Shown here: in pieces, positions 1 to 12,000 of the stretch | Numbering within the stretch: the first letter of the stretch is position 1 | Layout of the letters: every line of letters begins with the position of its first letter | Assembly: GCA_044892505.1 (NCBI GenBank) | Contig: CM097883.1 | Location: 410,006,001 to 410,070,000 of the forward strand | From: Schmidtea nova | Lineage: Eukaryota | DNA length: 64,000 bases | Direction: 5' to 3' | Program-made: the position numbers and the translations under genes | The notes under the pieces: generated by a model | Told to the model about the DNA's origin: nothing | The model's database searches: none | The model's input: the letters and a program-made list of their open reading frames with translations, nothing else

Positions 1-2195
1 TGGAGGTAGATTATCTGCAAGGTTCAATTTGGTGAATTTGTGGTGATAAGTGTGGAATTTTTTATATAAGATGATTTTGAGATAAATGGTGATGATGTCT
101 GATGAAGATGTGGGGGTTGTCAGTTTGTATGTCGTGGTAGTTGGATGAGGTGTAGTATAATGACTGTGTGTTCTATTGTTACTGTTGTGTTTGTGTGTGA
201 TTGTACGATGAGTGATTTAAGACAATTGAGTGCTTGTGAGTGTGGTTGGACGTACAATTCTAACTAGCATGGCTGTGTGAAATTTTTGGTATGGTTGGTT
301 GGCGTGTATTTGATTGTTGAATGTTATTGAATGATATTGTGTATGTGTGTCTATTGTGTTTTATATGGATGATGCTTGTGTATTAGTATGGATGATGCTA
401 TTGAGTGAAAAGGGTGTAAATTTTTGCAATGAGTGATGTAACCTTATTTTTGAGATATCGTGGGGGTAGTTATATTATTAAATAAATTATACAAAATATT
501 TTTTAAAGTTAAAATAATAAAAAATTTCTAAATTAGACTAATAGTAATAATTTTTTAAACCAAAATAATAATAGTAATTTTAAATTAAAATAATAATAAT
601 AATTTTTTCAATACTTTTTATGGATTTTTTAATTTACAATTTTTCGAAAATTAACTAATGATGAAATTTATAAGTTTTGTAATATGTATTTTTGAAGTTA
701 AATTTTTATCTTTTTTGAATATATATATTAATCATAAAATTTTTCCTATAAAATTTCAAATTCAGATTTTTATAAAATGATAAAAAATTTTTAATATAAT
801 AATAAAATTGCAATCCATAATTTCTATGGGGTTTAATATAAATTTTGATTTGCAAATTCTCTGGGATTTTATGAAAGAATAAAATCTTTTATATAATAAC
901 AATATTAGGAACCAATTTTGGGTTACAATTCTTCATTATAAAATCTTTTCAGCATAATAAAAAGCAAATTTTTATTCCTGATCAAAATGAAATAATAATA
1001 AAAATATTTTATCCATGAATTTCGAGATCTAAATATGCATTTAATCTAAAGAGATTTATATACTAAATAAAAATAAAAAATAAAATGAAATAAGTTACAC
1101 CTTTTTCGACGAATATTTTTAACATCAAGTGAAGTAAATTTCGGTTTTGTTGAGCATGAATTTCCCAATTAAAGTGCACGCGACTTTTTCGGTACACTTC
1201 ACTTAGGAATTTCAGGCTCTCGAAAAACAATATTCACAGGAAAACTTATTTAGACCATAATGAGCTTTAATTCAGATTAAATCAATACTTATTTCACAAT
1301 TTATTTCACTTCATGGGCATTATTTTAGACTTGAGCATTGTTTCGAACGATTTTCTTTTCATCATTAGCATCCATTTCTCTTGCATTTTTTTTCATGAGA
1401 TGAACGTTGTTGAGAGTGTGAAGGTGAAGGCGAGTACGAGTCGATTTTTAATTAGTAATATTTCCTATTTTAGATTTCAAGATATGAGTTAATTGCTATG
1501 TTATATTACGAAATTGCTTATGTAGATAATAAAAATATGATACTCTATTATAATAAAATCATTAGTATAACAAAACCTTGCTCTTGGCCAAACCGCGGTT
1601 CCCCAGTTGGGATGACGCGAATTTGGATGTATGAGCCTCACCTTAAAGTGGAAATATGGGCTGGCCGATTACCAATCAGACAACGATCCACCCAGGCTAC
1701 TAACAGATCCGCACAACCAAGGCTGGACGGATCGTCAGAAGATATGGGAGATGAAAAAAAAATTATTTAATTTCATAAGTTTATTTCGACAATTTTTTGT
1801 AGTAATTTTAGGTGTTTTGGGAACTTGTGAGTATAATAAACAAAAATATTTTCGAACTCAAACTGAATAAAAATAAATTTTTAATATTTAATAATATCCA
1901 AATAAAATAATTACATCATATAAATTAACAAAAATAATACGTTTTAAAATAACACGAACGTGAGGAATGGGATGATCGACAGGCATGATTGCCGACGATC
2001 CCATACCCCTCGGGCAAGTTTAAAGAGAGAATAAAAAATAAAATGAAACAATCCTTACATTCCAAGTTCGAATTTTCTCAAATTTATAACAATACGGCTT
2101 CCAGACGTTCGTAAAGGATTCGTAGTGTCTCCAAAAATCTTCCCGAATCAAATTGGCAAAATTCTTAAATTTGAAATTCTTTCCCACAAACTCTT

Positions 2196-2287
2196 GCAGC
2201 AAAATCTTTCAAAAGGAATTCTAAATTCTTGGCAGCAAAATTTTTCAAAAGAGTTCTAAATTCTTGGCAGCAAAATCTTTCAAAAGG
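2196..2287 (+). repeat. 35-36 bp tandem repeat, about 2.6 copies
   Basis: GCAGCAAAATCTTTCAAAAGGAATTCTAAATTCTTG units start at 2196, 2232 and 2267. Confidence 0.9.
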
Positions 2288-2385
2288 AAAATTTTCTTTT
2301 CGGAAAAATTTTCACAAATTTTCACCAAATTCTGAGTTAGCAAAATAAAAAAAAATAAGAATTTTTCCACAAAAATCTGAGATCT

Positions 2386-2411
2386 GCCATTTTGATGGCG
2401 GTATATATACC
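2386..2411 (+). promoter_or_regulatory. YY1/Pho-like motif (GCCATTTT / ATGGCGG) with TATATA, conserved in the repeat family
   Basis: GCCATTTTGATGGCGGTATATATACC; near-identical at 63374-63397. A CAAGATGGCGG site also lies on the minus strand near 27015-27025. Confidence 0.4.
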
Positions 2412-3165
2412 ATCAAATTTTCTCTATCTCCGGTAGTGCAATAAAACAAATTGTTCTAGAATTTTCTCTTAATTTTTTCTAAATTAATTCTAATGATTTT
2501 CCGAAAATTAATTCCATATTTTTGTATAATAATTTTTTATAAGCTATAAATAATTTATTTTAATTAAAAATTTTTATGTTTGAATCGAAATTTGTTCGAT
2601 TTGATTTAATTTATGATTTTCGATCCATATTAATTCTTTCTATTGTTAAATGTGAAATTTTGTGATAAATTCACAATTTTCTTCTAAAATTTTGTTAATT
2701 TTTCTGCACTGAAGATTTTATGACAAAATTCTGTTCTTTATGGGCACTTTCAATGGGTTTTCCGCCTATTCTAGCTTCCAAACATTCTGCTTTTAATTTT
2801 TCTCGAGATTTCAGTGAAAATATTCATAAATTCGCAGTTAGCGCGTACTCTACCGGTTGCTGTGTTTTGATTCATCTTCACCTTTTGGTGTTTTCCACTT
2901 AATTGTTGGATTTTCAATGGAAGCTAAGGTTAAAAATGGAATCTTGCGCGTTCTCTACCTATGGGGTTATCGTTTTATTAAAACAAATTGCGTTTTGGCC
3001 CAACATTACTATAGCGTTTGCTATAGTAAGCCAAATTCGAAATTCAAATTAAAATATTAAAAATAATTCCCGAACATAATGCACCTAAAAAATGATAAGG
3101 GGGGTTCCGGTATACGCAATACCATCCAAAATAATAATAAAAAACAATTCCCATTATTCATATAC

Positions 3166-3170
<5 letters not shown>

Positions 3171-3204
<34 letters not shown>
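3171..3204. repeat. (TA)n microsatellite
   Basis: Direct inspection. Confidence 0.95.
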
Positions 3205-3206
<2 letters not shown>

Positions 3207-3764
3207 CTAACCAATAGCAATTTTTTTTATTTATTGTCTTTAATTTTTTATCTCTAAATTATTTTATTATTATTATTAATTAAAAGTAGTTAAAATAACA
3301 CAATTGAGATTAAAAAATGTAGCTAGATAATTTAAAAATTTTATTAATTAATTTTCTGTAATTACTATTATAAAAACAAAAATGATCACAAAAATTTTTA
3401 AATGTAATAGTTTGTATAATGAAATTAATATAGTTTGATTAATAAACGAAACTGCGCTCATTTGAAAATATTTATACGAATATTTTCTCATTTTCGAAAT
3501 CAATTAATTTTATCAGAAACTTGTTTTATACAACGAGTATTCAATAAAAATATAGAACGTAAAATGATGGTTGATTATATTTTTGACATTGCTTTAAAGT
3601 TTAATTTAACAAATCTAATAGGCATGTAAAATTGTAGTCCTACTAAAGGTCTGTCGTATGAATATTTAATATTGATTAAAACTTTACAAAGTGTTTTTCC
3701 AAAAAGATAGAAAAATCTTTGAAAATCCTTTGACCTTGACATGACCTGTTTGACACGCCATGAG

Positions 3765-3880
3765 TTATAACAACAATTATGAAGCGTCATCTTGTAGCCT
3801 GACTCACGCCTGATCCGACCAATGAGTCTTCATGATGAGTCATTGCTTACCCGATGAGTCACAACTACCTACTTAAGATA
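3765..3880 (-). repeat. Dispersed repeat rich in AP-1-type TGA(C/G)TCA sites; inverted copy of 16411-16545
   Basis: The reverse complement aligns with 16.4-16.5 kb (GTAAGCAATGACTCATC...AGTCAGGCTACAAGAT). Confidence 0.75.
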
Positions 3881-4631
3881 TTACACATTACACTACTGTG
3901 CAGGCCATTAAACAGTAAATTTTCAGTAGTGTAGATTTGCTATTTGAAGGTTTCAATTCTACTTCTTGTTTTCTCCACTATCTGATCATTTTCTCAGTTT
4001 GAGGTCTTTAAATGCTCTTTCTGCAGCTCGATTTCTATGAACTTTGGCATATTTTATGTTTAAACGAAACATTATAAGAGATTTTTCATTAAAATAAATT
4101 GTGGGGTTAAAAGAATAAAATAAACAAAAAACAAAATAAGAACACAGGGCAAATAATTCACTTGCTTCAATTCATCGATGTTAAATCTATTATAACAAAG
4201 ATTTCACAAAATATTCACAAGTTATTTTAGGTCCTACAAGACGCTTGGCGCATAACACGCAACTTTACTTTTATGCTGTTATTTAAAAAAAAATATTTTT
4301 CTGCTTACATCACAAAAAACGCAAAATACTTTTAAAACAATTCTTTCATAAAAGGGAGCGCCTGAAAATGCCGTTGTTACTGATGAAATATTGTTTATTG
4401 TCAAATGAGGTGATGTTGATGTTTATGGTGCAAGTGGGAGGGAACCCACTAATTCCTCGACAATGGTAAGTAAATGAATGTCAAACAATAATGATAAAAT
4501 TAGAAATTAAAATGGTTAGAATTATTTTTGAGGAAAATTATTTCCTCTATTAATGTAATTAGGATATTTAAATTCTTAAAATTTTATTTTGTTTAAATTG
4601 ATTGGAGAAAGTAATCATTTAAAGAATACAA

Positions 4632-6125
4632 ATGATGAATAGCTTGGTGACAAACAGTGACTGCCCGATTTGTTATGATTCCATGTCAAGCAATAACTTT
4701 ATCATTTTCTCACATTGCCTTCATCGGGTATGCAAAAGGTGTGCAGAAGAGATCATGTTCCAAAACTCGCCTAAATGCCATCTTGATAATCAAAAAATCA
4801 AAAAAATATTTCAATTTCAAATTGACCAAAACAGTGAAAGTGAATTTATAATTGAATCAAAATCTTCACGAGAATACCTGGATTCCATTTTATCCGGGGA
4901 GCCGCAGTCAATAATGGATAATGTTGATGATAATTGTCATTTGCTAGCATTATTTTTCAAAGAACATTTACTAAACAGAGGAAAATTTTTCAAAACAATA
5001 AATAGTCATTTGAACAGCTGGATAGAAAGGAATGAATTAATTGTAAAAGAACAAATATTGGACTTCAAAAACTGGATTGGATCTCAGTATTTAGATGAAC
5101 CTCATTTCTTAGATGTTCTAGAACTAATAGACACGAGGCATAAAAGAATCATTTACGAGAACTATCTTGACATACGTGAGCTTAAAATAATACCGAGATG
5201 TTATAAGAATTTGGAAAATTCACGTTATATGAGATTATACAATTTTTGTGATGTTATCCCGTCATTTCAATGTTTAACTGCTCCAGATATTACTAAAGAC
5301 GTCCAGCAAGAACTGATGAAGAACTTCATAAAAATTATTGAATCGAATTTGGAAGGATTCAAATTTGCATTTCAATATCTTACTTTCTTCGTATTGTCGT
5401 TCTCGAGGAATAATAGAGAATTGTATGAGAAAATACAAATAGATATTGATAAAGTAGATTTCCACAGATGTTTGATTTGCGTTGGAGAAATCAATAAATT
5501 GAAATTCGGAAAATTGTCAAATTGCGAACACAAAATATGCAGAGATTGCATTCACGATTTCAAGATTACCCATGCAAGTTGTCCATTTGATGATGATGAG
5601 TTTAGTGACTTGTTAATGATCAGTGACGATTCAATCAAAGGTAAAAAAATGAAAAATGAAACGGCTTTTCATTATTTATGTAGACATAAAAAAGATATTT
5701 ACGAAGAGTTAAACAAGGATATCCATGAAAAAAATAATGATTTCAGAGATAATTTTGAAAAAATATCTAAGACGAAATTGAAAATTTTCAAGGATAAATT
5801 GCATTCTTTGGCTTTTGCATTAGATTCAGATTCACACAATGATGAAAAGATTAGTAAATTACATAAAGAATTACAACAAATATTTCTGGAACTCCGTAAT
5901 TACGACTACTCTGGATATGTGCTGTCAGATATTAACTATGAATATCGCCGGAATTGTGTAAAAATGTTTATATTTCAATTCACTGATTCGGATTGGTGGG
6001 ATTATATTAATGTTAGCTGTGACGGAAATGATATGATAGAAAGTCTTAATGAAATGGTAGATTCTTTATTTCAGGATAAGATAAATCAAATTATGGTAGA
6101 CACTATTTTGAATAGTTTACCGTAA
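4632..6125 (+). CDS. Single-exon 497-aa double-RING finger protein (putative E3 ligase), paralog 1
   Basis: Intact ORF. Two C-x2-C...C-x-H-x2-C-x2-C...C-x2-D motifs (CPIC..CLHRVCKRC..CHLD and CLIC..CEHKICRDC..CPFD). Paralog at 27642. Confidence 0.85.
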   Translation: MMNSLVTNSDCPICYDSMSSNNFIIFSHCLHRVCKRCAEEIMFQNSPKCHLDNQKIKKIFQFQIDQNSESEFIIESKSSREYLDSILSGEPQSIMDNVDDNCHLLALFFKEHLLNRGKFFKTINSHLNSWIERNELIVKEQILDFKNWIGSQYLDEPHFLDVLELIDTRHKRIIYENYLDIRELKIIPRCYKNLENSRYMRLYNFCDVIPSFQCLTAPDITKDVQQELMKNFIKIIESNLEGFKFAFQYLTFFVLSFSRNNRELYEKIQIDIDKVDFHRCLICVGEINKLKFGKLSNCEHKICRDCIHDFKITHASCPFDDDEFSDLLMISDDSIKGKKMKNETAFHYLCRHKKDIYEELNKDIHEKNNDFRDNFEKISKTKLKIFKDKLHSLAFALDSDSHNDEKISKLHKELQQIFLELRNYDYSGYVLSDINYEYRRNCVKMFIFQFTDSDWWDYINVSCDGNDMIESLNEMVDSLFQDKINQIMVDTILNSLP

Positions 6126-7039
6126 GAACTTTTGGGATGATTAATCGGTCTAGATTAAAATCTATATAGAGTTCAGGCTCCCGGTGGTTTTCTCTGGCCA
6201 TCTCTAGTAGACCTCTGACATGAGTTCTCTTGAATATACATGTCAGCCGTGTCTACCGGAATGGAGAATCTAGTACTCGGATCTGATCTGGCGACCAAAT
6301 TGAATAAAATGTGAAAGATTTGGGGTTGGGGGTAAATCGAGAGATTTTGGGTTGAAGCAATCTTAAAAATGTTGAACTAAATACCGTGGCGTGGGCGTGT
6401 TGAAGAAAAGATTTACTTGTATATCACGCATAAATCTAGAAAATGATAAATTTTGAAAAGAATCCAGAAGGTTGAGAAAATAATTAAATATTTTAATTCC
6501 GTGGGCTAAAAGTCTAGCTAAGTGGAAATATTCACATCTAAACCGAGTGAAACACGCTGGCAAAACGTCACAAGTTTGTCATCGGAGCCAATGAAGCGTC
6601 ACAAGCTAATTATCAACTTAGCCGAAGTATAATGAGATGTCGAATGCATAATCACCACGACGTGAAATCCGCAAGAATCGAAGCACAAAATTATCCAGTT
6701 CAACCGAAGCGTGAAATTTACATAATACCTTCTTTAAGTACCGTTTCCACTCGAACGAACCTCAGCGAGTCGTTTTATCGAATATTAATGATATTACTTC
6801 ATTTCCCCCTGATGGCAACTGTGCATAATTTATTGTGTCCAGAAAGTGTATATAAAGAGAGGAAAAGGAATGGGAAAATTTTCATATATGAATTCTATTA
6901 TAAAGTTACGATCGCGAAGAAATATACTAGTAAATTTGCGGCGTTTGGAGTGACAAAAACTAACAAGGATTTTATGAGAAAGAAATGCATCCTAAACGTG
7001 TTACTGTAGTTGGCAAAGGTACCTAAGCATGATAACCCA

Positions 7040-7440
7040 GGTTTTTGTGCCTCAAATGGATTATATGAATTTCAAAGGCTTGTCGTTCCAACAGGACGGT
7101 GCCACTTGCCAAACGTCACATCAAACAATGGAATTATTAAACGAGACATTCCTAGTCATGTAATCTCTCATTTGGATGACAAGAATTGAATTGACCCCTT
7201 ATATCGTGCAATTTAAAGACTTTCTTTCTCTGAAATATTGCAAAGTCAAACGTTTATGTCATCAAGTCCAAGATCACCCAAGCCTCGAAGGATGAGATAT
7301 GACGCTGTTTTACTGAAATCCAGAAACCGTTATATCAAAGCATTTGTCAGATGTGTTGTTCCATACATAATTCCCACATGTTTACTTTATGATTGAATAA
7401 AACTTTTTCTATTTTTACATAAAAAATGATTTATTTAGAA
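7040..7440 (+). mobile_element. Tc1/mariner transposase relic (C-terminal part)
   Basis: FQQDGATC..TMELL motif followed by a decayed FFLW..KS.VY-like segment; stops and frameshifts. Confidence 0.7.
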
Positions 7441-7649
7441 TTTAAATTTTCCACTCTTATTTTCAACTCTTTAGAACAAAGAACGCGTAGATGGATCAGT
7501 GCCCAGGTATTCTGAGTAGTATAAATACCAATCCAAAACGCTATGAGGTCTTAATGTCTTGTTACTTTCACTAGTAAGTCATTATTCAGTCAACGTTTTT
7601 ACGATCATACATTTGTCACTACAACGAAGTTTGGAAAAACTGTAAGTGT

Positions 7650-7900
7650 TTGTACTTGGTAAAATTATTGCTGGTTGATCATGCATATCATCCCTTAAGA
7701 TGAAATAGGATCAGGTCTTCTGTTGGCTTTCGAGCAATTAGGAGGCTCTCATTTCTGATGATACATTGGCATGAGCTATGTTGCAAGTTGCAACAACATG
7801 CCAATCGCATTCAACCTCTTTTAAGGAGATTCGCAGAACCCACCAACTGACTAGTCGGGTGGGATGAGATAACAAATCTCTTTTTGGAGGCGTTTCCTTG
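7650..7900 (-). mobile_element. Possible Gypsy RNase H relic
   Basis: Minus-strand RLVSWWVLRISLKEVECDWHVVATCNIAHANVSS weakly resembles RLARWALxLxEYDFxIxHxxGxxNxxADALS. Confidence 0.3.
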
Positions 7901-9929
7901 GAGCTTAACATATTATTCTTGAAACTGAGAAAACTGAAGTGTTCGGCATATCGATATCTCAGAAAATAAATATATGTTCAAAAGAGTTCAATCATTAAAA
8001 TTGCAAATTATCGGAAGGAAAAACTAATAACAACAGATTCGATTGCGTACATGACAAACGAATCGTATCAACCCAATAAATAGCTGTTTAAAATTTATAA
8101 AATGATGCTGAAAATTATGATGATCTTAAAAATAGAGCCGATTGCTTGTACTTTTAAAAATAGAAAAATTATTTTTAGACAACAAATGTTGTTGACAAAC
8201 AATGATCATTGTCACTCAAGGTGAGAGCAACATTAGTGAATTCGGGGTTTAACCACCGAAATGTTGTTGCATTCAAAATAATTCATATTTTTTAATCGAC
8301 TTTGAAATTGAAACTAGATTGCGGTACATGGATACCAGAAGCGCACTAGCTAAACTGACACAACATACAGTGGCATATTATGTGTCACATACGCACATAT
8401 TAACCAGGACAGCATCAGGTAATCATTTGGTAATTGTGATATTGAATGCAATTTATTAGCCGGTGTTAATCTTGTTCTTGTTATTTATATAAGATCATCA
8501 ATTTAATATTCTGTGAACCTCAACAATTCGAGTCTTATTAATTCTAAGATATTATTCAATCATCAAGCTTTTTCAGGAACATTCAATAATTCACCAGCAG
8601 CAAGACTGATGGGAAGAAAGATAGCATCATCTGTTAAACAAGGGATAAATAGTTTACTTCAAAAATAAAAATATGAAGATCACTATCAAAGCAGCATCTA
8701 TTGTAAATGCATGAAATAACGCATCATACATAAACGTAAACGAGGAACAAGCTCCTCCCAACAATGAACAAATATCCAGTGCAAGACTTACAGAGAAAAT
8801 ATAATTATAAAGAAATCAACAAGGAGAAAACTGATTTGAAAGCCAATAAAAGAACCATTCAACGGTCAAAGTAGTATATTACTGGAACGGGTGAATGCAA
8901 TATATTTTTTTAAATATAATTTAAGATTGTTGTTTAAATATTGTAAAATAAAATTACAATTCAAACAACATGTCATTTAACTCACAACAAAGAGCCTTTT
9001 CTTATATTTTAATTAAAAGATAAATCTTAATAAACAAAATGAAGTCGCTTATCAAATATTATACTTAAGATCTGTTGAACCTGATTTCAAAATATTAAAG
9101 TGCCGAAAAAAGGGTCAAAGATCGCACTAATATTATTTTTTAAAGTTGATTTATTTAAATAATTTATGAATGTACTTTTATTTTATTTTTTTGAGTTTTA
9201 AATATTGTCGCTGCTTGTTTGGTCACTATAGGTATATGACTGTTTATTTATTATTCATTTGCGTATTCACAGTGACAACGCATATGTTGCAAACATCAAA
9301 TATCTCTCCCGCATGCCGGTTACGTTTTAGTGAGATGAGCAGTCAAGGAATACACAATACAACTAAATGGCTTAGATAAGAGATAATAAAAATAACCTAC
9401 GACTGAAAATTCAAGATCGAAAAAAAGAAATTAATTATAATTGAAACTTATATAAAATAATTTAATAAATCTTTTATACGATATAATGTAAACACTTGAA
9501 AAAGTCTGGTGAATAAGAGGAAAATATTTTGATTTATTGCCTAAAAAATGAAAATAAATCAAATCGAATAAAAATTAAAGGTGACGAAAATTAAATTTTT
9601 TCATGTTTTACTATTTTCTGGACTAGATAATATTGTTCTTTTGTGAATTATCATTCAGTTCAGTTTTCATATTTTTTTAAAAATCAGACCAAAGTTATTT
9701 TTAGTAATTTATCTTACAAAGGATATTTTGACTTGTTACACCTGTGGTGTTCTATTTAAAAATCACTTATCCATCTTAACAATATTCATATACTATGAGC
9801 AACATCTAGGAACCTCCATGGGTCTTGTTGGAATTCATAGTATCTGTAGTGTCTTATTAAATTAAATATAGTTTATCTACAAATTTATTTATCGTTGTTT
9901 TAATATTGATTAAAAATGGCAAGCAAAGA

Positions 9930-10130
9930 AATTCAAATGAAGAAAATGAGAGTTTCATGAAATACAATGCAGCAGACAAATCGAAATGCAAAGATGACAG
10001 TTTCATTAAATAAAAAGCACCAAGCAAACTCAAACGCAAAGATGAAAGATTCATTAAATAAAAGGCAGCAAGCAATCTCAAATGCAAAGATGATAGATTT
10101 ATTAAATATGAAGAAGGAAGAAATTCAAAA
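9930..10130 (+). repeat. 48-bp (16-codon) coding-like tandem repeat, about 4 copies
   Basis: Translates QMKKMRVS*NTMQQTN / RNAKMTVSLNKKHQAN / SNAKMKDSLNKRQQAI / SNAKMIDLLNMKKEEI. Confidence 0.75.
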
Positions 10131-10497
10131 CTCAACGCACCGACATTTTTGTTTAAATAAAATTTTATTGTTTACAGTAATTTATTTCAGTGTTACTAAA
10201 GTATCAATAGAGCATTATCGTATTTAATTCTGTCTAATTTCTTGTCACATAATGAGGTAAAATCTTAGCCCTTACTTTCCAGCCATTAACATTTTACTAC
10301 AAATTGCAAGTAAAGTATTAAGTTAAATTTCAATTCATATTTCATCATTTTTATCAGCTTCATAATTTGACATTTTAAATAGTTACACATAAAATTGAAA
10401 TATTTATTTTATTGTTAGGCTTGAAATTTAATGTGAATTTCATAAGTATGAATGGATTAATAAATTGCTGTATCTTACTGTTGATTTTTCTTGCTCA

Positions 10498-11340
10498 TGT
10501 TGGGTATTTATCAATTAGTCGGTGTTGTTGTCTTATAGGATTGATTCAAGGAACGCAACACAGTAATATTTATTCGAATGTATGAAAACACTTATTCAAT
10601 ACAATTTTTAATGACAATTTTCTTTACACAATTTCAACTTGTCTTCGCTACTTTTCCAATTAAAGCGAAGATAAGTCTCCCAAAGCAAGATATCCCTTTC
10701 TGGTACGCAGCGTAGAATAAATTTGATTCAGACTGACACTTGTATCTTCTCTTGTCTTACTATTACTAACTTATTGTTTATTTTTCTTCGACCATTCTGG
10801 CCCACTTTGAAATTTGTATATCTTTTTCATACTATTCCCTTTTAATTGAATCCTCTTATCTGATTTAGTTATTTGGTGGGTGACTCTTACAGTTTGACAA
10901 ATTATTTTATTTTCCCGGGTTTTCTTTATTATCAATTTAACAATTCTTTGATTGGTAATCAGTCGGGTTCCCTTTTTAATCTCGGGTTTTTCTCATGATT
11001 AATTTCCCCGGGGATCAATTTGGTGATCACCCGGATTTCTCACACTGCTCGGGTTTCCCATTAGCCAATTAACTTTTAATTAATTTATTAATTTTACAAT
11101 TATTTCTTTCTGTGGACTCCTTTTTGATTTTATATTACCATATTTGAAATCGTCTCATCATGTGACATCCATCCCATACCAGTTCCTATCGCTAAATATT
11201 TATTTTTAAATTTCCCCAATTTTTGTTAATTTTTGTAATTTAATTATTACTTTTTAAAATTTAATTTCATTTTTTATTGATTTGCACAAAGTTTTTGTGT
11301 GTTTTATTTTATTTCGTGCGTGTTCAGACAAACCCCAACA
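10498..11340 (-). mobile_element. Solo LTR, family shared with 57278-58083 and 59975-60702
   Basis: Termini TGTTGGG...CCCAACA with 4-bp flanks CTCA/CTTA. An alternative start at 10479 gives a perfect CTTAC 5-bp TSD. AATAAA lies near the minus-strand 3' end. Internal blocks align with the 57-58 kb copy. Confidence 0.8.
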
Positions 11341-11479
11341 CTTACATAGTGTAAATGACTTTGGACATTGTACACAAACTAGTATCAATCATAATGATAA
11401 TTCACCCACATTTCCATGTTCTTCTTATCAGTATTTAAGTTAAAAATTGTGTTCCGACAGATTGACCATCTATGTTTGA

Positions 11480-12000
11480 AATTGTGACTTTATTGTACTC
11501 TTTGTAGTGTTCAAAAAACAAATACAATGTAAAACATATTCATGTAAAGCCAATAGCAGTTTCCTGGTTACAAATTAACCCTTTTCATAAGCTGTTAGAC
11601 ATCAGGGTAATAAGCGATAATAAATTCGAAACTACCTTTTTGATTTGGCTCAAAATTGTTCTAATAGTTTCAAAATTAATATCATTGTAAAAAATTAATT
11701 TCCGACCTATCTAGATTATGATACTTTATTGAGGCGGTCAAAACAATATTCAGAATTTTCAGAATTTTCAGAATTTTCAGTCCATTTAATTGATTTATCA
11801 CAGCTGAAGCTTCTAAGTGTAAAGCTACTGTAATTTTGATATAATTTTTGTAAAAGTGTCTATAGTAATTCACCAGGCCCAAAAATGATCGAATTTTAAT
11901 TAGCAAAATTCGGTTTTGTCTCTTCAGTATTATTCTTAATCCTGCTTTTTGAATTCTTCTAAGAACATTCCGTAACCGCTTGCCATTTACAAGAATGGCG
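11480..12000 (-). mobile_element. Gypsy pol relic (RT/RNase H junction)
   Basis: IRSFLGLVNYYRHF in ORF 11682-11906; decayed. Confidence 0.8.

Larger units (their letters stand above)
1..3170 (+). mobile_element. Large repeat, homologous to 62220-64000; candidate 3' UTR + PPT + long LTR of a giant Gypsy-like element
   Basis: Same ordered landmarks as 62.2-64 kb: GT-skewed tract, GATATCG(T)GGGGG run (462-466) followed by AGTTAT, AT-rich tract, GC-rich hairpin containing GGCATGAT, CATTTTGATGGCGGTATATATACC, TAAAACAAATTGTTCTAGA. Ends at (TA)n. The repeat is seen in sequence; the LTR identity is inference. Confidence 0.5.

Noticed and set aside
1-420. Telomeric or subtelomeric repeat, or a Thr/His-rich minus-strand ORF
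   Set aside because: No regular TTAGGG-type unit, and the frames contain stops. Treated as a strand-skewed part of the repeat shared with 62.2 kb.
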